Assembly (NCBI GenBank): GCA_051294375.1
Contig: CM119268.1
Span: forward strand, 21,139,869 to 21,203,868
Source: Paraspadella gotoi
Taxonomy: Eukaryota; Animalia; Chaetognatha
DNA length: 64,000 nt
Reading direction: 5' to 3'
Below the pieces are notes generated by a model. The model made no database searches. It was given only the letters and a program-made list of their open reading frames with translations, and was not told the origin of the DNA. This document shows, one piece after another, positions 1-12,438 of the stretch. The translations under genes and the position numbers were made by a program. Position 1 is the first letter of the stretch; every line of letters starts with the position of its first letter.

Positions 1-335
1 AAGACAATCAAAACAATCAAAGACCGACAAAGACCAAGAAGAGACCAATCAACGACCAAGCAAGACCAAGCAAAGACCAAGCAAAAACCAAGCAAAGACC
101 AAGCAAAGTCCAAAATGCAAAGACCAAGCAAAGACAATCAAATACCATATAAAGACCAATAAAGACAAGCAATAACCAATCAAAAACAAGCACAGAACCA
201 ATCAAAGACATGCAAAGTCCAATCAAAAACAATCAAAGACCAAGCAAGACCAATCAAATACCGAGCAACCAATCAAATACCGAGCAAAGACCAATCAAAG
301 ATCAAGCAAAAATACCAAAGCAAAGACAAGCAATG
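1..335. repeat. Degenerate ~11-bp tandem repeat (AGACCAATCAA / AGACCAAGCAA)
   Basis: Repeated agaccaa(t/g)caa units run from the window start to about 335. Confidence 0.85.
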
Positions 336-704
336 AGACTCACGTGACACTTTTTATCTCCCCCGGGTCCATAGCATTTGAGTCCATTGTAAATGTCGCT
401 TTCTCAAATTTGGTCTTCTCGGCACGAGTTCTTCGCAGACGAGACAAGGGTGGCGACCAACAAAATCATCGACAACGCTATCTGCGTGGCCATTGATGCA
501 GTGCAAAGGGGGTCATTGGAGGCGTTGCAGGTGGCGTTGAAAATGGCGTAGTTGATGGCAATGGATGTGACGTTTATTATGGCGTTTTTGTCTTTGTTAA
601 CTTTGATGACTAAGAGTCCAAAGAAAATATTTTTCTTTGCCAAAAACCATTTTAGGAACTAAAACGGTTTAGGTTATATTTTATTATATTATATATATTA
701 TATT

Positions 705-1598
705 ATGAAATGGTACAGACCAATATAAAATTAATCCATTCATTTAATAAATAACATATCTTGCCCCTGACTTTGGACAGGCTTTGGTGGTTTAAGGCGT
801 CCATCACTCTTACAAGATAATGACAATAGCAGGTCCTGCAAGCTTTCAATCAAGACCTCTCACAGTCCCGTTTATCACTCCAAGAGTACCTGGCTTCCCT
901 ATCAAATGAAGTGGAAAATATTTCAAAGAATGTTTCAATGGTAATGAAAAGACACTCCTTAAGTATTAGATCGGGGAATACTTATTGTACTCCGCACTAG
1001 CATCAAAATACAAGGAGCTGAATTTTATGAAAATTGGTACAGACCATATAAAAATTATCCATTCATGTTAATAAATAACATATCTTGCCCCTGACTTTGA
1101 ACAGGCTTTGGTGGTTTAAGGCCTCCATCAACTCTTACAAGATAATGACATAGCAGGTCCCTGCAAGCTTTCAATCAAGACTCTCTCACAGTCCCGTTTA
1201 TTCACTCCCAGAGTACCTGGCTTCCCTATCAATGAAGTGGAAAATATTTCAAAGAATGTTTCAATTGTATGAAAAGACCACTGCCCTTAAGTATTAGATC
1301 GGGGAATACTTATTGTACTCCGCACTAGCATCAAAATACAAGGAGCTGAATTTTAAGAAATTGGTACAACCAATATAAAAATATCCATTCATTTAATAAA
1401 TAACATATCTTGCCCCTGACTTTGGACAGGCTTTGGTGGTTTAAGGCCTCCATCACCTTACAAGATAATGAATAGCAGGTCCCTGCAAGCTTTCAATCAA
1501 GACTCTCTCACAGTCCCGTTTATTCACTCCCAGAGTACCTGGCTTCCCATATCAATGAAGTGGAAAATATTTCAAAGAATGTTTCAATTGTATGAAAA
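705..1598. repeat. ~325-bp tandem repeat (about 2.7 units) of a dispersed repeat family
   Basis: Units begin at about 705, 1027 and 1355 (GAAATTGGTACA..CCAATATAAAA...TTGCCCCTGACTTTGGACAGG...GTACTCCGCACTAG). Related fragments occur elsewhere in the window. Confidence 0.9.
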
Positions 1599-2144
1599 AG
1601 ATTTATTATATTATATTATATTATACTCTCTGTCGATGTCTCGGTCGATTATGTCATTCGTAAGTTAATTTCTTTCAATCTAAAGTCACGTCAATTCTAA
1701 GTCGACCTTAGATATTCATCATGTAATTCTTGTCTTACATTTTATAGGTTATTTCATTTACCGACTCGTCTGTTTATTTTATCTTATTGTATAAATTTTA
1801 TAATTGTATTGTATAATATATAATAAAAAAAAAAGTTTTCCAAAAAAACAGAATAAATGCATTTTCTTTTTGGAGGCGAAAGAAAAAAAAGTCAAATAGC
1901 CACATATCAAAATCTCTTGTTTTACGCCGACGACAACAACGACGACGACGATGAGATAAGTCTTTCCAACTATTTGAAAACCAAAAACCAGCCAGACGGG
2001 CACAACCCTTTCTTTATTTTCATTTCATTTCAATATAGAATCGAGAAAAAAGTCAGTTTCGCTTTAACTAAGGCATTTTTATTTGGTCATTGACGAGTAA
2101 TACTACAATGATTACCTCAGAAATTTCGAATATCTAGTTATAAA

Positions 2145-2385
2145 ATTGTCTAATTGTTTGATCTAGTCCATCTAGTTATCTAATTGTCTAACTGTTTGAT
2201 CTAGTCATCTAGTTATCTAATTGTTAATTGTTTGATCTAGTCCATCTAGTTATCTCATTGTCTAATAGTTTGATCTAGTCATCTAGTTATCTAATTGTCT
2301 AACTGTTTGATCTAGTCATTCTAGTTATCTAATTGTCTAATTGTTTGATCTAGTCATCAGTTATTCTAATTGTTCTATTTGTTTG
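2145..2385. repeat. 37-bp minisatellite (TCTAGTCATCTAGTTATCTAATTGTCTAACTGTTTGA)
   Basis: About 6 tandem copies are visible directly. Confidence 0.9.
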
Positions 2386-4088
2386 ATAAAAAAGACCTGG
2401 ATTGTTGTCAGTTATAAATTTATTTAAAAGAAGATTAATTTTCTCGAAACTCCAATAGAGTTAAGGGAGATTATTCAGAAATCCCTGATCAATCTAACCG
2501 AAACGATTCTTGGGAAAGAGGTTTTCTTTTTCTTTTTCTTTTTCTTTTCTTTTTTTCTTTTTCTTTTTCTTTTTCTTTTTTAGATTTCGAGTTCGTGGTT
2601 GAAGTACGGATTAAAAAAAGTACATTAAATCGAAATAGAAACGTAAAGGTTACGGGGTCGTTAGCTTTCTTAATCATTTTTTCCTTTTTTTTTCCTTTTT
2701 TATCTTTTTTCAGGAAAGAAAGAAAAATTGTTTAAAGAGAAACTCAATCTTAAAAAAAAATTTTATGAAATGTGAAGGTTAATCAGAGCTTATTAACTTT
2801 AGAATAAGAACAAGTGATAACACTTATTTAGATCATTTAATATATTATTTATGTTGTTAAAGATAGTGACGGTAGTAATCGGACAGATAAACATTGACAG
2901 ATTTTTTCAATGAATTCTTTGGTAATTCATTGCTTTATTTTATTGTTTATTTGCTTTTCATGTATATTTGGTGTTTATTATCTTATATGTATTGTTTAAG
3001 TCCTAAGTTTATTTTTTATGTTTATAAGCACTGATTGTGCGATGACTTATGATGTGATTATACTGGATTGATGTGTGTCTTCTTATTACCTCTTTACATT
3101 TTCTTATTATAATAACGCGGGTGGCAAATTGGTTAAATACTAGAATGAGATGTTGAGAGATGAGAGAGAGTATGAGATATTATGAGAGAGAGAGAGAGAG
3201 AGGTTGAGGAGATGAGAGAAGTTTCTTAAGATGAGACTTTGATAAAGAGGTGTGGCTTTCATTTTTCTTTTATCGGCACTTCATTTCCTCTTCTCTTCTA
3301 TTCTTTTCCTTTCTCCCTTAAAATTTGTGAAATCAAATGTCTAAATATGTATCATTCAATATACGTGATAATCTTTAATTATACTTATGTTTTTATTTTT
3401 TATATCTGTTTTTTTCTTTCAAGTTCTCCTTTTTATCTTAAGTTCAAAATCTTGGTTTCATCGTTTTTCGCTTAACCTTGTCGATTAAACGTATCTTTTC
3501 TTTATATTGATTGTGTTTAGTCTAGATTAAAATTTTTGAGTAATAAATAAATAAATCAGAAGTCTTTTTTTTTTTTTAAAATACTACGAACATAATTGAT
3601 CTGTATATACTAATTTTTTTTAGTCTTTTTTTTTGTTTTTTGTATCTTTTCTTTTTTTTTTTTTTTTCTTTCTTTATACTAAAGCATGATAGTAGTAGAC
3701 ACTATGTTACAGTATTTTTCTCTATTTCTTTTCTTTTCCCTTCCTTTTTCTTTCCTCTTTCTTTTTATGCTCTTTTTTTCGCTTTTGTAATTTTTTGCAT
3801 TTTGTTAGCTCATTCTATTTAATTATTATTTTTTATTTAAAATCTAAATATATAAACTTTTTATCCCTTTAGCGTCTGTGTAAGTATTAAAAGGGTTTGT
3901 ATTGATACTTGTTAAGAAGATAATTTATATTACATAGAAGAACAATTTTACACCATTGCTCTTTCATCACTCACCTTATTCTTGTTTTATTTATTACTAC
4001 TCTTTCTTTTTTATTAATCTATTCTCCCTTCTCCTCTTCTTTCTTTTTTATGTTCTTTCTTCCNNNNNNNNNNNNNNNNNNNNNNNNN

Positions 4089-5847
4089 GTTGATGGCAAT
4101 GGATGTGACGTTTATTATGGCGTTTTTGATGGCGTCAATAAAGTCTTTGTTAACTTTGATGACTAAGAGGCCAAAGAAAAAAATATTTTTCTTTGCCAAA
4201 AACCATTTTAGGAACTAAAACGGTTTAGGTTATATTATGAAATTGGTACAACCAATATAAAAATTATCCATTCATTTAATATTTAATTATTTAATATTTA
4301 AAATTATATTATATTATATTATATTATTCTATATTATATTATATTATATTATACTCTCTGTCGATGTCTCGNNNNNNNNNNNNNNNNNNNNNNNNNNNNN
4401 NNNNNNNNNNNNNNNNNNNNNNNNNNNNNNNNNNNNNNNNNNNNNNNNNNNNNNNNNNNNNNNNNNNNNNNNNNNNNNNNNNNNNNNNNNNNNNNNNNNN
4501 NNNNNNNNNNNNNNNNNNNNNNNNNNNNNNNNNNNNNNNNNNNNNNNNNNNNNNNNNNNNNNNNNNNNNNNNNNNNNNNNNNNNNNNNNNNNNNNNNNNN
4601 NNNNNNNNNNNNNNNNNNNNNNNNNNNNNNNNNNNNATTTTATCTTATTGTATAATTTTATAATTGTATTGTATAAAATAATAATAAAAAAAAAGTTTTC
4701 CAAAAAACAGAATAAATGCATTTTTCTTTTTGGAGGCGAAAGAAAAAAAAGTCAAATCGCCACATATCAAATCTCTTGTTTACGCCGACGACAACAACGA
4801 CGACGACGATGACGATAAGTCTTCCAACTATTTGAAAACCAAAAACCAGCCAGACGGGCACAACCCTTTCTTTACTTTTCATTTCATTTCAATATCGAAT
4901 CGAGAAAAAAGTCAGTTTCGCTTTAACTAAGGCATTTTTATTTGGTCATTGACCGAGTAATACTACAATGATTACCTCAGAAATTTCGAAGATCTAGTTA
5001 TAAAATTGTCTAATTGTTTGATCTAGTCATCNNNNNNNNNNNNNNNNNNNNNNNNNNNNNNNNNNNNNNNNNNNNNNNNNNNNNNNNNNNNNNNNNNNNN
5101 NNNNNNNNNNNNNNNNNNNNNNNNNNNNNNNNNNNNNNNNNNNNNNNNNNNNNNNNNNNNNNNNNNNNNNNNNNNNNNNNNNNNNNNNNNNNNNNNNNNN
5201 NNNNNNNNNNNNNNNNNNNNNNNNNNNNNNNNNNNNNNNNNNNNNNNNNNNNNNNNNNNNNNNNNNNNNNNNNNNNNNNNNNNNNNNNNNTTTAAAAGAA
5301 GATAAATTTTCTCGAAACTCCAATAGAGTTTAGGAAGATTATTCAGAAATCCCTGATCAATCGACCGTGAACGGATTCTTGGGAAACAGGTTTGCTTTTT
5401 CTTTTTCTTTTTCTTTTTCTTTTTCTTTTTNNNNNNNNNNNNNNNNNNNNNNNNNNNNNNNNNNNNNNNNNNNNNNNNNNNNNNNNNNNNNNNNNNNNNN
5501 NNNNNNNNNNNNNNNNNNNNNNNNNNNNNNNNNNNNNNNNNNNNNNNNNNNNNNNNNNNNNNNNNNNNNNNNNNNNNNNNNNNNNNNNNNNNNNNCATTA
5601 AATCGAAATAGAAACGTAAAGGTTACGGGTCGTTATCTTTCTTAATCATTTTTCCTTTTTTGATCTTTTTTTTCAGGAAAGAAGAAAAAAATTGTTTAAA
5701 GAGAAACTCAATCTAAAAAAAAAATTATATGAAATGTTAAGGTTAATCAGAGCCCTATTAACTTTAGATAGAACAAGTGATAACAGTTATTTATATCATT
5801 AATATATATATTTATGTTGTTAAAGATAGTGACGGTAGTAATCGGAC
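4089..5847 (+). repeat. Near-identical direct duplicate of 551-2887 (probable assembly or haplotype duplication)
   Basis: The same sequence order (GTTGATGGCAATGGATGTGACG ... GACGGTAGTAATCGGAC) restarts immediately after a 25-N gap at 4064-4088. Confidence 0.85.
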
Positions 5848-8738
5848 NNNNNNNNNNNNNNNNNNNNNNNNNNNNNNNNNNNNNNNNNNNNNNNNNNNNN
5901 NNNNNNNNNNNNNNNNNNNNNNNNNNNNNNNNNNNNNNNNNNNNNNNNNNNNNNNNNNNNNNNNNTCTCCTCTCTCTCTTCTCTCTCTCTTCTCTATCTC
6001 TCTCTGTTTTTTAGAGAGAAAGAGAGGCGAGGCATTTCTTTTACACCATATAAATTTTTACAAATCTAAAATGTATACAATAACTGATAATAATTATAGT
6101 TTTATTATTTATCAATAAATGTTTCGAAAGTTCTTTCTTTTTTTTTTGTTTCTAATTAAATTTGAGATAAAAACGAAGTCGTTTTACAACAACGACGAAA
6201 ATTTAAACAGACATGTTTCGGCTTTGTAATGCAAGCCAAATTATATAAACTAGGGTAGAAAGTTGTATAGAAGAAGACAAGAAGACAATACATTTTAAAA
6301 GAATATACTTTATATAAAGAATATAATTAAATCTAACATATAGTCAAATTTATTAAATTCATATTTTTAAATTTTAATAAAAAAATTTTAAAGTCTAATA
6401 TAGTAAAACAAGTAATCTTGCATTTTTTCATATCAATAAATGAAAAATTATTAGATTTTTTAAGATTTGTTTTTTACTTAAAAATACCTTTTTAAACAAT
6501 CTGATTTATTTTATATTCCGATCCATAAAAAAGTATTCTCTTTTAACAAATTAATTAGATCAATTATTAGATTAATTATCTCCAAAAGATAGTTTAAAAA
6601 TATTTAAATCATCCACATCTCTGATTGAAATCCCTCAGACGATCGTAACCATGGCAACGACGACCCCGATGACGACGGCGAAGAAAAAGACGAAGGATTG
6701 AGCGACGCCGTTACAAATATAGCTGGTGCAATATCAAAACGTTGTGTCTGCTCGAACAGAAAGATGACAAAAATATCAAATTCATATCAATTTCATACAT
6801 AAAAAAGAAAGAATTTCATACGTTTAAAAAAGACTTTCTTACAAAAAAAGAGAAATTGAAAAAAAAAATAAAATACACACCAATTTCAATATGATACATA
6901 CAAGAAAAAAAGAAAGAATTTTGTATAAATAAGAAACTTAAGTTTGTCTTTTCATCTGTTTTGTAAAGACAGACAAGAAGAAAAAGCCATCAAAGATAAT
7001 CAGAAAGAAAGATGAGATGAGAAAAGAAAGATGCGAGACAATGAGGAGAGAGAGAGGAGACCAGAGATGAAGAAGAGACGAGACCGAGCGAAAACGAGAG
7101 AGAGAGAAGAAGAGAGAAAGCGAAAGAGAGAGAAAGGAAGGACGACCGAGTAGAGGGATGAGATGCAAGAGAAAATTTAAAACACCGGGGGGCACAAACG
7201 GTGGAGAGAGAAATGTTGAAAAACACGAGATATGCTGCTTGATATAAGTTACACTAGGGCAATGAGGGCAGATGATCGATATCGAGAAGGAGAGAGAGGA
7301 AGGAGAAGATCGTGAGTAGAAGAGGAGAGGACGATGCGGAGCGCATGATTAAGAGAGACAGGATAGAGATGAGAGAGCAGTCTGCAGGAGGAGTTGGGAC
7401 GCATGCCTTATAACATCAACTATTACCAACAATAGCGAGTCAAACATTATTAGCCTAAAATATAACAATATAAATCGAGAAAGTAGAAGGAAAAGAAAGG
7501 GAGACCAAAAAAAACGAACAAGGAAGGACAAAAAGAGAAGACAAAGAAAGACTAAGAAAGACGAATAAAGAAGGAAGAAAGAAGAAAGGAAATATGAGAA
7601 GAAAGTAAAAAGATAGAGCCACCGCTTAGAAGAACGGATGAAAGGACAAGAGAAAGCAAATAAAAAGAAAGAAGAAAGACAGAAAGAAAAGAAAAAGAAA
7701 AGAAAAGTAAAAAGAAAAGAAAACGAAATCAAGGGAAGTGGCTCAGAAATAGCGGGAAAAGCACGAAAGAGTGAATCTACGAAGCAACACGAGTTGTGAC
7801 GGAGGAGCAGCCAGAACCCATGAGCATGTCTTTCCTGCATCAGAGTTGATGTGCATTGGACATTCGTCTTGCCATAAGGTCAGCGGAAGAGGAAATGAAA
7901 AGAGGAAAAAAATGAGCCATATAAAAGGAAAAGATGGATAAGATTAAAGTAAAAAAGGAAAGAAAGCAAAGAAAAGAAAGAGAAGCGGGAAAAAGGAAAA
8001 AATATGCGAAAATCGAGGTAAAGAAAGATTTATATACCAGACGAGAGAAAAGAGATGAAAGAAGAAAGGACTCAGAAAGAAAGATTCAAAGAAAGAAAAA
8101 GAAAGTGTACAACAGACTGACCGGACACAAATTTTAATAAATAAAATCTATGTATGGATTTAAAAATATTACAGAGTAAAGAAGAAAGAGAAAAAAAAAA
8201 AGAGAAAAAGGGTAAAAAGTGGTTAAAAAAAACAAACAAAAAAACAAGAAATACTGGGTATTGGTATTTACGCATATGAGTGACACAGTTTGGGTAACAA
8301 TATCGGAAAGCCAAAATATGAAAATACTCGTCAGCTTGATAACAGATAAGACACGAGAGACTATTGAGAGAAGAGAGACAGGAGAGACGAGGAGAGGAGA
8401 GGAGAGAGAGAGACCGGGAAGAGAGAGAGAGGAGGAGCGCTTTCCGGTAAGCCCAGACATGTTTTCTTTACCGATGAGCCAAAGTGGTCTTCCTCCGGAA
8501 GACGAGGCCAGCTCATGACTGAAGGCCGCCCCTGACTCGTCGCCCGAATCACAAAACTCTTTTCCTCCTCAGTTTCTCGCAATAACGATCACAATTTCAT
8601 CACGATTCACGCGGCGGCGACGAAAGTTCACGGGCCTCAACATCAACATCACTTGCAAAGATTAACAAGTTGTAAAGATCATAGAAAATTTTATTGTCAT
8701 CACCGCTTTCGACGTATGAACCTTAGATCGATTTAATT

Positions 8739-8959
8739 AACAGAAAAAACCATCGGGAAACTACTTGGAACCATCAGGGAAGACCTTCGTACATACCCTA
8801 GAGAGGTTTTTAAATTTTTTCCAAAGCACGTTTTTGAGAAAATTTAATTTAAAAAAAAATAAAGAAAAATAATTTAAAAAAAATTCATGTACAACTGTAT
8901 TTAAGACGAAGGTCTCCCCAGATGGTTCTAAGTGTTTTCCCGAATGGTTTTTTTCTGTG
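8739..8959. mobile_element. MITE-like element with ~55-bp terminal inverted repeats
   Basis: CAGAAAAAACCATCGGGAAACTACTTGGAACCATCAGGGAAGACCTTCGT (8741-8790) is an imperfect reverse complement of ACGAAGGTCTCCCAGATGGTTCTAAGTGTTTTCCCGAATGGTTTTTTTCTGTG (ends 8959). The interior is AT-rich and the right terminus reads CACAG on the minus strand. No clear TSD. Confidence 0.7.
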
Positions 8960-9099
8960 TCATAATTTTGATCGGCTTTTTCTCATCATTAGTCATTATC
9001 AACGAAGAAATGTTGGGCATTGTTGAAGAAAAATATATGAGGAGTTTCATTGATATAAGAACAAATTAGATTGACGCTATCTTATATACAAATTACATA

Positions 9100-9366
9100 C
9101 ATGCTAAGTACGAAGGCAAACTGCCGGCCGACGTTGGCTTCATCCCTTTGTTTGTCACTACCTTCGGGGCATGGGACCTGGATGCTTTCTCAAACCTAAA
9201 ATACTTTGCCAAACTCCAAGCAACGAATGCAGGCTTAGACATCGGCAAAACGTCTAAGCACTTTTTTGAGAGACTTTCTGTCTGCCTTCAGCGCGAGAAC
9301 GGGGACCTGCTCGCTTCCCGAAGTCCCGTGATTGAGTTGCCGTCTCATGTGGACGGAGTTGCTTGA
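9100..9366 (+). mobile_element. 3' end of a non-LTR retrotransposon ORF: restriction-like endonuclease (RLE) C-terminus, CRE/SLACS-like, 5'-truncated
   Basis: Translates as HAKYEGKLPADVGFIPLFVTTFGAWDLDAFSNLKYFAK...HFFERLSVCLQRENGDLLASR. This fits the K..KY ... F.P..(ET).G.W ... RLSV.LQR.N pattern at the end of RLE-type LINE ORFs. A T-rich 3' UTR and a (CAT)n tract follow. Confidence 0.75.
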
Positions 9367-9553
9367 CTTTGTCTCCCGATCTCTTCTTCTTTTTCTTTTT
9401 TATTTTCCTTTTTTGTTCACGTTTATTGTTGATATAAGAGATTTCTGCAACCATTCCCGCAATTATTTGTTTGCTCTGTTTTCTTTTCAGAAAAAAAATG
9501 ATATAATAAATAATCATCATGAACTCTTTAGCCGTAAATAAATCGTTAAATAA

Positions 9554-9578
9554 TCATCATCATCATCAACATCATCAG

Positions 9579-9631
<53 letters not shown>
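9554..9631. repeat. (CAT)n microsatellite
   Basis: Seen directly. Confidence 0.95.
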
Positions 9632-9632
<1 letters not shown>

Positions 9633-9939
9633 TTTCCTCGTAATAAATCGTATCTTTGTCATTTTCCTAATCCTTATTCTTTGTCATTATTATCGACTAT
9701 TTGTTATCATTATCATTATCTCGTCGACTTCGTTGTCGTCGTCGCTGTCATCGTCATCATCGTCGTTGTCGTCGTCGTCCTCTTTCCTTTTCTCCGCTAA
9801 AAGAAGAGAATTTTTCTTCTCCTTTAAATTTCTTTCTTTTTTCTCTTTTGTTCCAATTTATGCAAAGATCCTGATTTTTAATTACTAGATGAAAAATTAG
9901 AGAGAACGATAGAACCTTGAAAAATGGAGATTAATTCTC

Positions 9940-10048
<109 letters not shown>

Positions 10049-10632
10049 AATCATTGTCGACCTGCTCTTGACACAAGAGACATAAAATCCGTGCGGAGGT
10101 CTCTCCTCCGTTTCTACAACAGATTCGAGTCTTAACAGATCGTCAACTCTTCAACTGCCATCTATAGGCAAGAATAAAACTTTGTAGCTCATCGTCGCTT
10201 TGACGGAGTGGAATGCTTGATCAAAAAGAAAAATTCATGCCTTCTCTAGTCGATACAGTTTTATGTCGGTTAATCATATACCCCAGAACAGATTGAGTTG
10301 CCCACTGAACCATGTTAAAGCCCCTAGTACATTCATTTACTTTCTTTTTTTCTAATTTGATTTATAAAAATACATCATTTCAAAGATATGTAATACAACT
10401 TTTTAGTAACACATTATACTTTTTTACCTTCGCCCTAATTTTCGCAAAAGATCGACGCACACACAGACTGACAGACAGAATACAGATATACAGCACACGC
10501 TATTATCTAGGAAATACTCAGATTTAAAATCTCGAGAAATAGATTCACGACGACTGTTTACAATTTCTGCAATCACAAGACTTCAGTCCGTCCTTTCCTT
10601 TTACAAACTCTCACCGACCATCGCATCACGAT

Positions 10633-10714
10633 TGCCCGACTATCTGCCCGACCATCTGCCCGACTATCTGCCCCCGACTATCTGCCCGACTATCTGCCCG
10701 ACTATCTGCCCGAC
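10633..10714. repeat. 12-bp tandem repeat (CTATCTGCCCGA)
   Basis: About 6-7 copies seen directly. Confidence 0.9.
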
Positions 10715-11034
10715 ATATCGTTCGCCACAACATTTCTGCTGGCGTCCTTCCCAGTGTACATTCCCTTTGATAAAAGGAGGCATTAGTGACAGGACGAATG
10801 TTCTTCATATTCGCACCTCATTATATTTCTCCGTCGTTGTTTTCGTTGGAGAAAGAAGAAGGGAGGAATCTTTGAATAAACTTAATGCAGTCCTCTCTGT
10901 CTGTTTGTCTGTTGTCTGTCTGTCTGTTATCCGTTGATTTATTAGTCTGTTTAAGAGATTTATTTCTGTTAAGAGTCGGCTTGCAAGATTTCCCTCCGAC
11001 AAAAAAGTAAAACTCCAAAAAATTAAATTTACGA

Positions 11035-11880
11035 CGTCCGTCGTTGTTGTTGCGTGTCCGTCTTGTGTTGTTGTTGTCGTCGTGTCTTGTTGTTGTTGTC
11101 GTCGTCGTTCGTCTGTGTTATGTTGTCGTCGTCGGATTGTTCGTTGTCTCGTCGTCTCGTTGTTGTTCGTCGTCGTTCTTGTTGTTGTTGTTCGTCTTGG
11201 TCTTGTTGTTGTTGTTGTCGTCGTCCGTCTCGTTGTTGTTTTGTCTCTTTGGTTGTTGTTGTGTCGTCGTCCGTCTCGTTGTTGTTTGTTGTCCGTCATT
11301 TTTTGTTGTTGTTGCGTTCGTCGTTTTTGTTGTTGTTGTCGTCGTCTCTTGTTGTTGTTTGTTGTTGGTCATCGTTGTTCTTGTTGTTATTGTTGTCATC
11401 TCGTATTGTTTTGTTGTTGTCGTCGTTGTCTTCTTGTTGTTGTTGTCGTCATTCTTGTTATTGGGTTGTTGTCATTGGTCTTGTTGTTGTCTCGTCGTCT
11501 CGTTGTTTTGTCGTCGTCTGTTGTTTTGTCATGTCGTTGTTGTTGTTGTTGCCGTGTCGGTCTGTTGTTGTTGTCGTCGTTCGTTATTGTTGTCGTCGGG
11601 TCTTGTTTGTTGTTGTTTTTCGTTGTCCGTCTCGTTGTTGTTGTCGTCGTCGGTCTGTTGTTGTTGTCGTGCGTCCGTCTCTTGTTGTTGTCGTCGTTCG
11701 TCTCGTTGTTGTCGTCGTCGGTCTTGTTGTTGTTGTTGCGTCGTCCGTCTTCGGTTGTTGTTGTTCGTCGTTCCGTTCTCGTCGTTGTCGTCGTCGGTCT
11801 TGTTGTTGTTGTTGTGTCGTCCGTCCGGTTTGCGGTGTTTGTTGTCGTCGTCCGGTCTTCGTGCGTCGTTCTTTCCGTCG
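11035..11880. repeat. Degenerate (GTT/GTC)n low-complexity tract
   Basis: Seen directly. It generates spurious Val/Cys/Leu-rich and Thr-rich ORFs in several frames. Confidence 0.9.
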
Positions 11881-11952
11881 ATTGCGATCTTAAAGCGACG
11901 TCGGGGTTGAGGCCACTATCGGTCTTCATTTGTCTTAACGGAGAGGAGAGAG

Positions 11953-11984
<32 letters not shown>

Positions 11985-12120
11985 GCAGAGAGAGGAAAGA
12001 GAGAGAGAGAGAAGCGGTGGTTGTATCCAGAAAATGTCCAATGGTTTAAATGTTTTTTTTAAATCTTTATATCTTTTATATCTTTATATCTTTATATCCT
12101 ATATATCTTTATATCTCTTA

Positions 12121-12438
12121 TGTAAGTCGGGCATTGGGCGCTAGCTTTCACCCCGGCCTACGAATCAGGACACTTTTCAGTTGTACCCCAGTGGCTCAAT
12201 TGAGTGCAACCCGATCGCTCTTGTCGTACTACTAGTACCGGCGGTTCATCCCAACCCCGATAACCTAACCCCGGCGGGAAGCGTGAGGACGGCCCGTAAG
12301 CCGCCTTGGGGGCATGGCAAACCCTCAAAGCCCTGGTTCCAAGCGCATTTACCGGGTCTCCATGGCTGGTTAGGAGTGGCTTATAGAAAAGTTTTCGAGA
12401 CAGTCATCTTCAGCCCACGTAGGCACCTTAGCGCCACA
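12121..12438 (+). mobile_element. Solo LTR of a tRNA-containing TRIM-like family (diverged or noisy copy)
   Basis: Starts TGTAAGTCGGGCATTG and ends TTAGCGCCACA. It is collinear with the copies at 31966-32228 and 51396-51967. Flanks are ctta/ttta (imperfect 4-bp TSD). Confidence 0.7.

Noticed and set aside
393-551. 52-aa plus-strand ORF MSLSQIWSSRHEFFADETRVATNKIIDNAICVAIDAVQRGSLEALQVALKMA
   Set aside because: It looks coding-like but is short, has no recognised motif, and sits between repeats.
6205-6240. Minus-strand GGC...GCCGAAACATGTC resembling the 3' half of a Penelope-type hammerhead ribozyme
   Set aside because: The required CUGANGA box is absent upstream of the stem.
6639-6822. Possible acidic exon (DRNHGNDDPDDDGEEKDEG...)
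   Set aside because: The acceptor is weak, no homology was recognised, and it is partly derived from GAC repeats.
11044-12062. Long ORFs of 280-330 aa in several frames, and similar ORFs at 51928-52870, 15814-17338 and across N gaps
   Set aside because: They arise from stop-free simple repeats or N runs and are open in multiple frames.
12385-12418. Minus-strand CTGAAGA...GAAA hammerhead-like core inside the TRIM LTR
   Set aside because: GAAA is not conserved in the other three copies, and stems II and III do not form convincingly.
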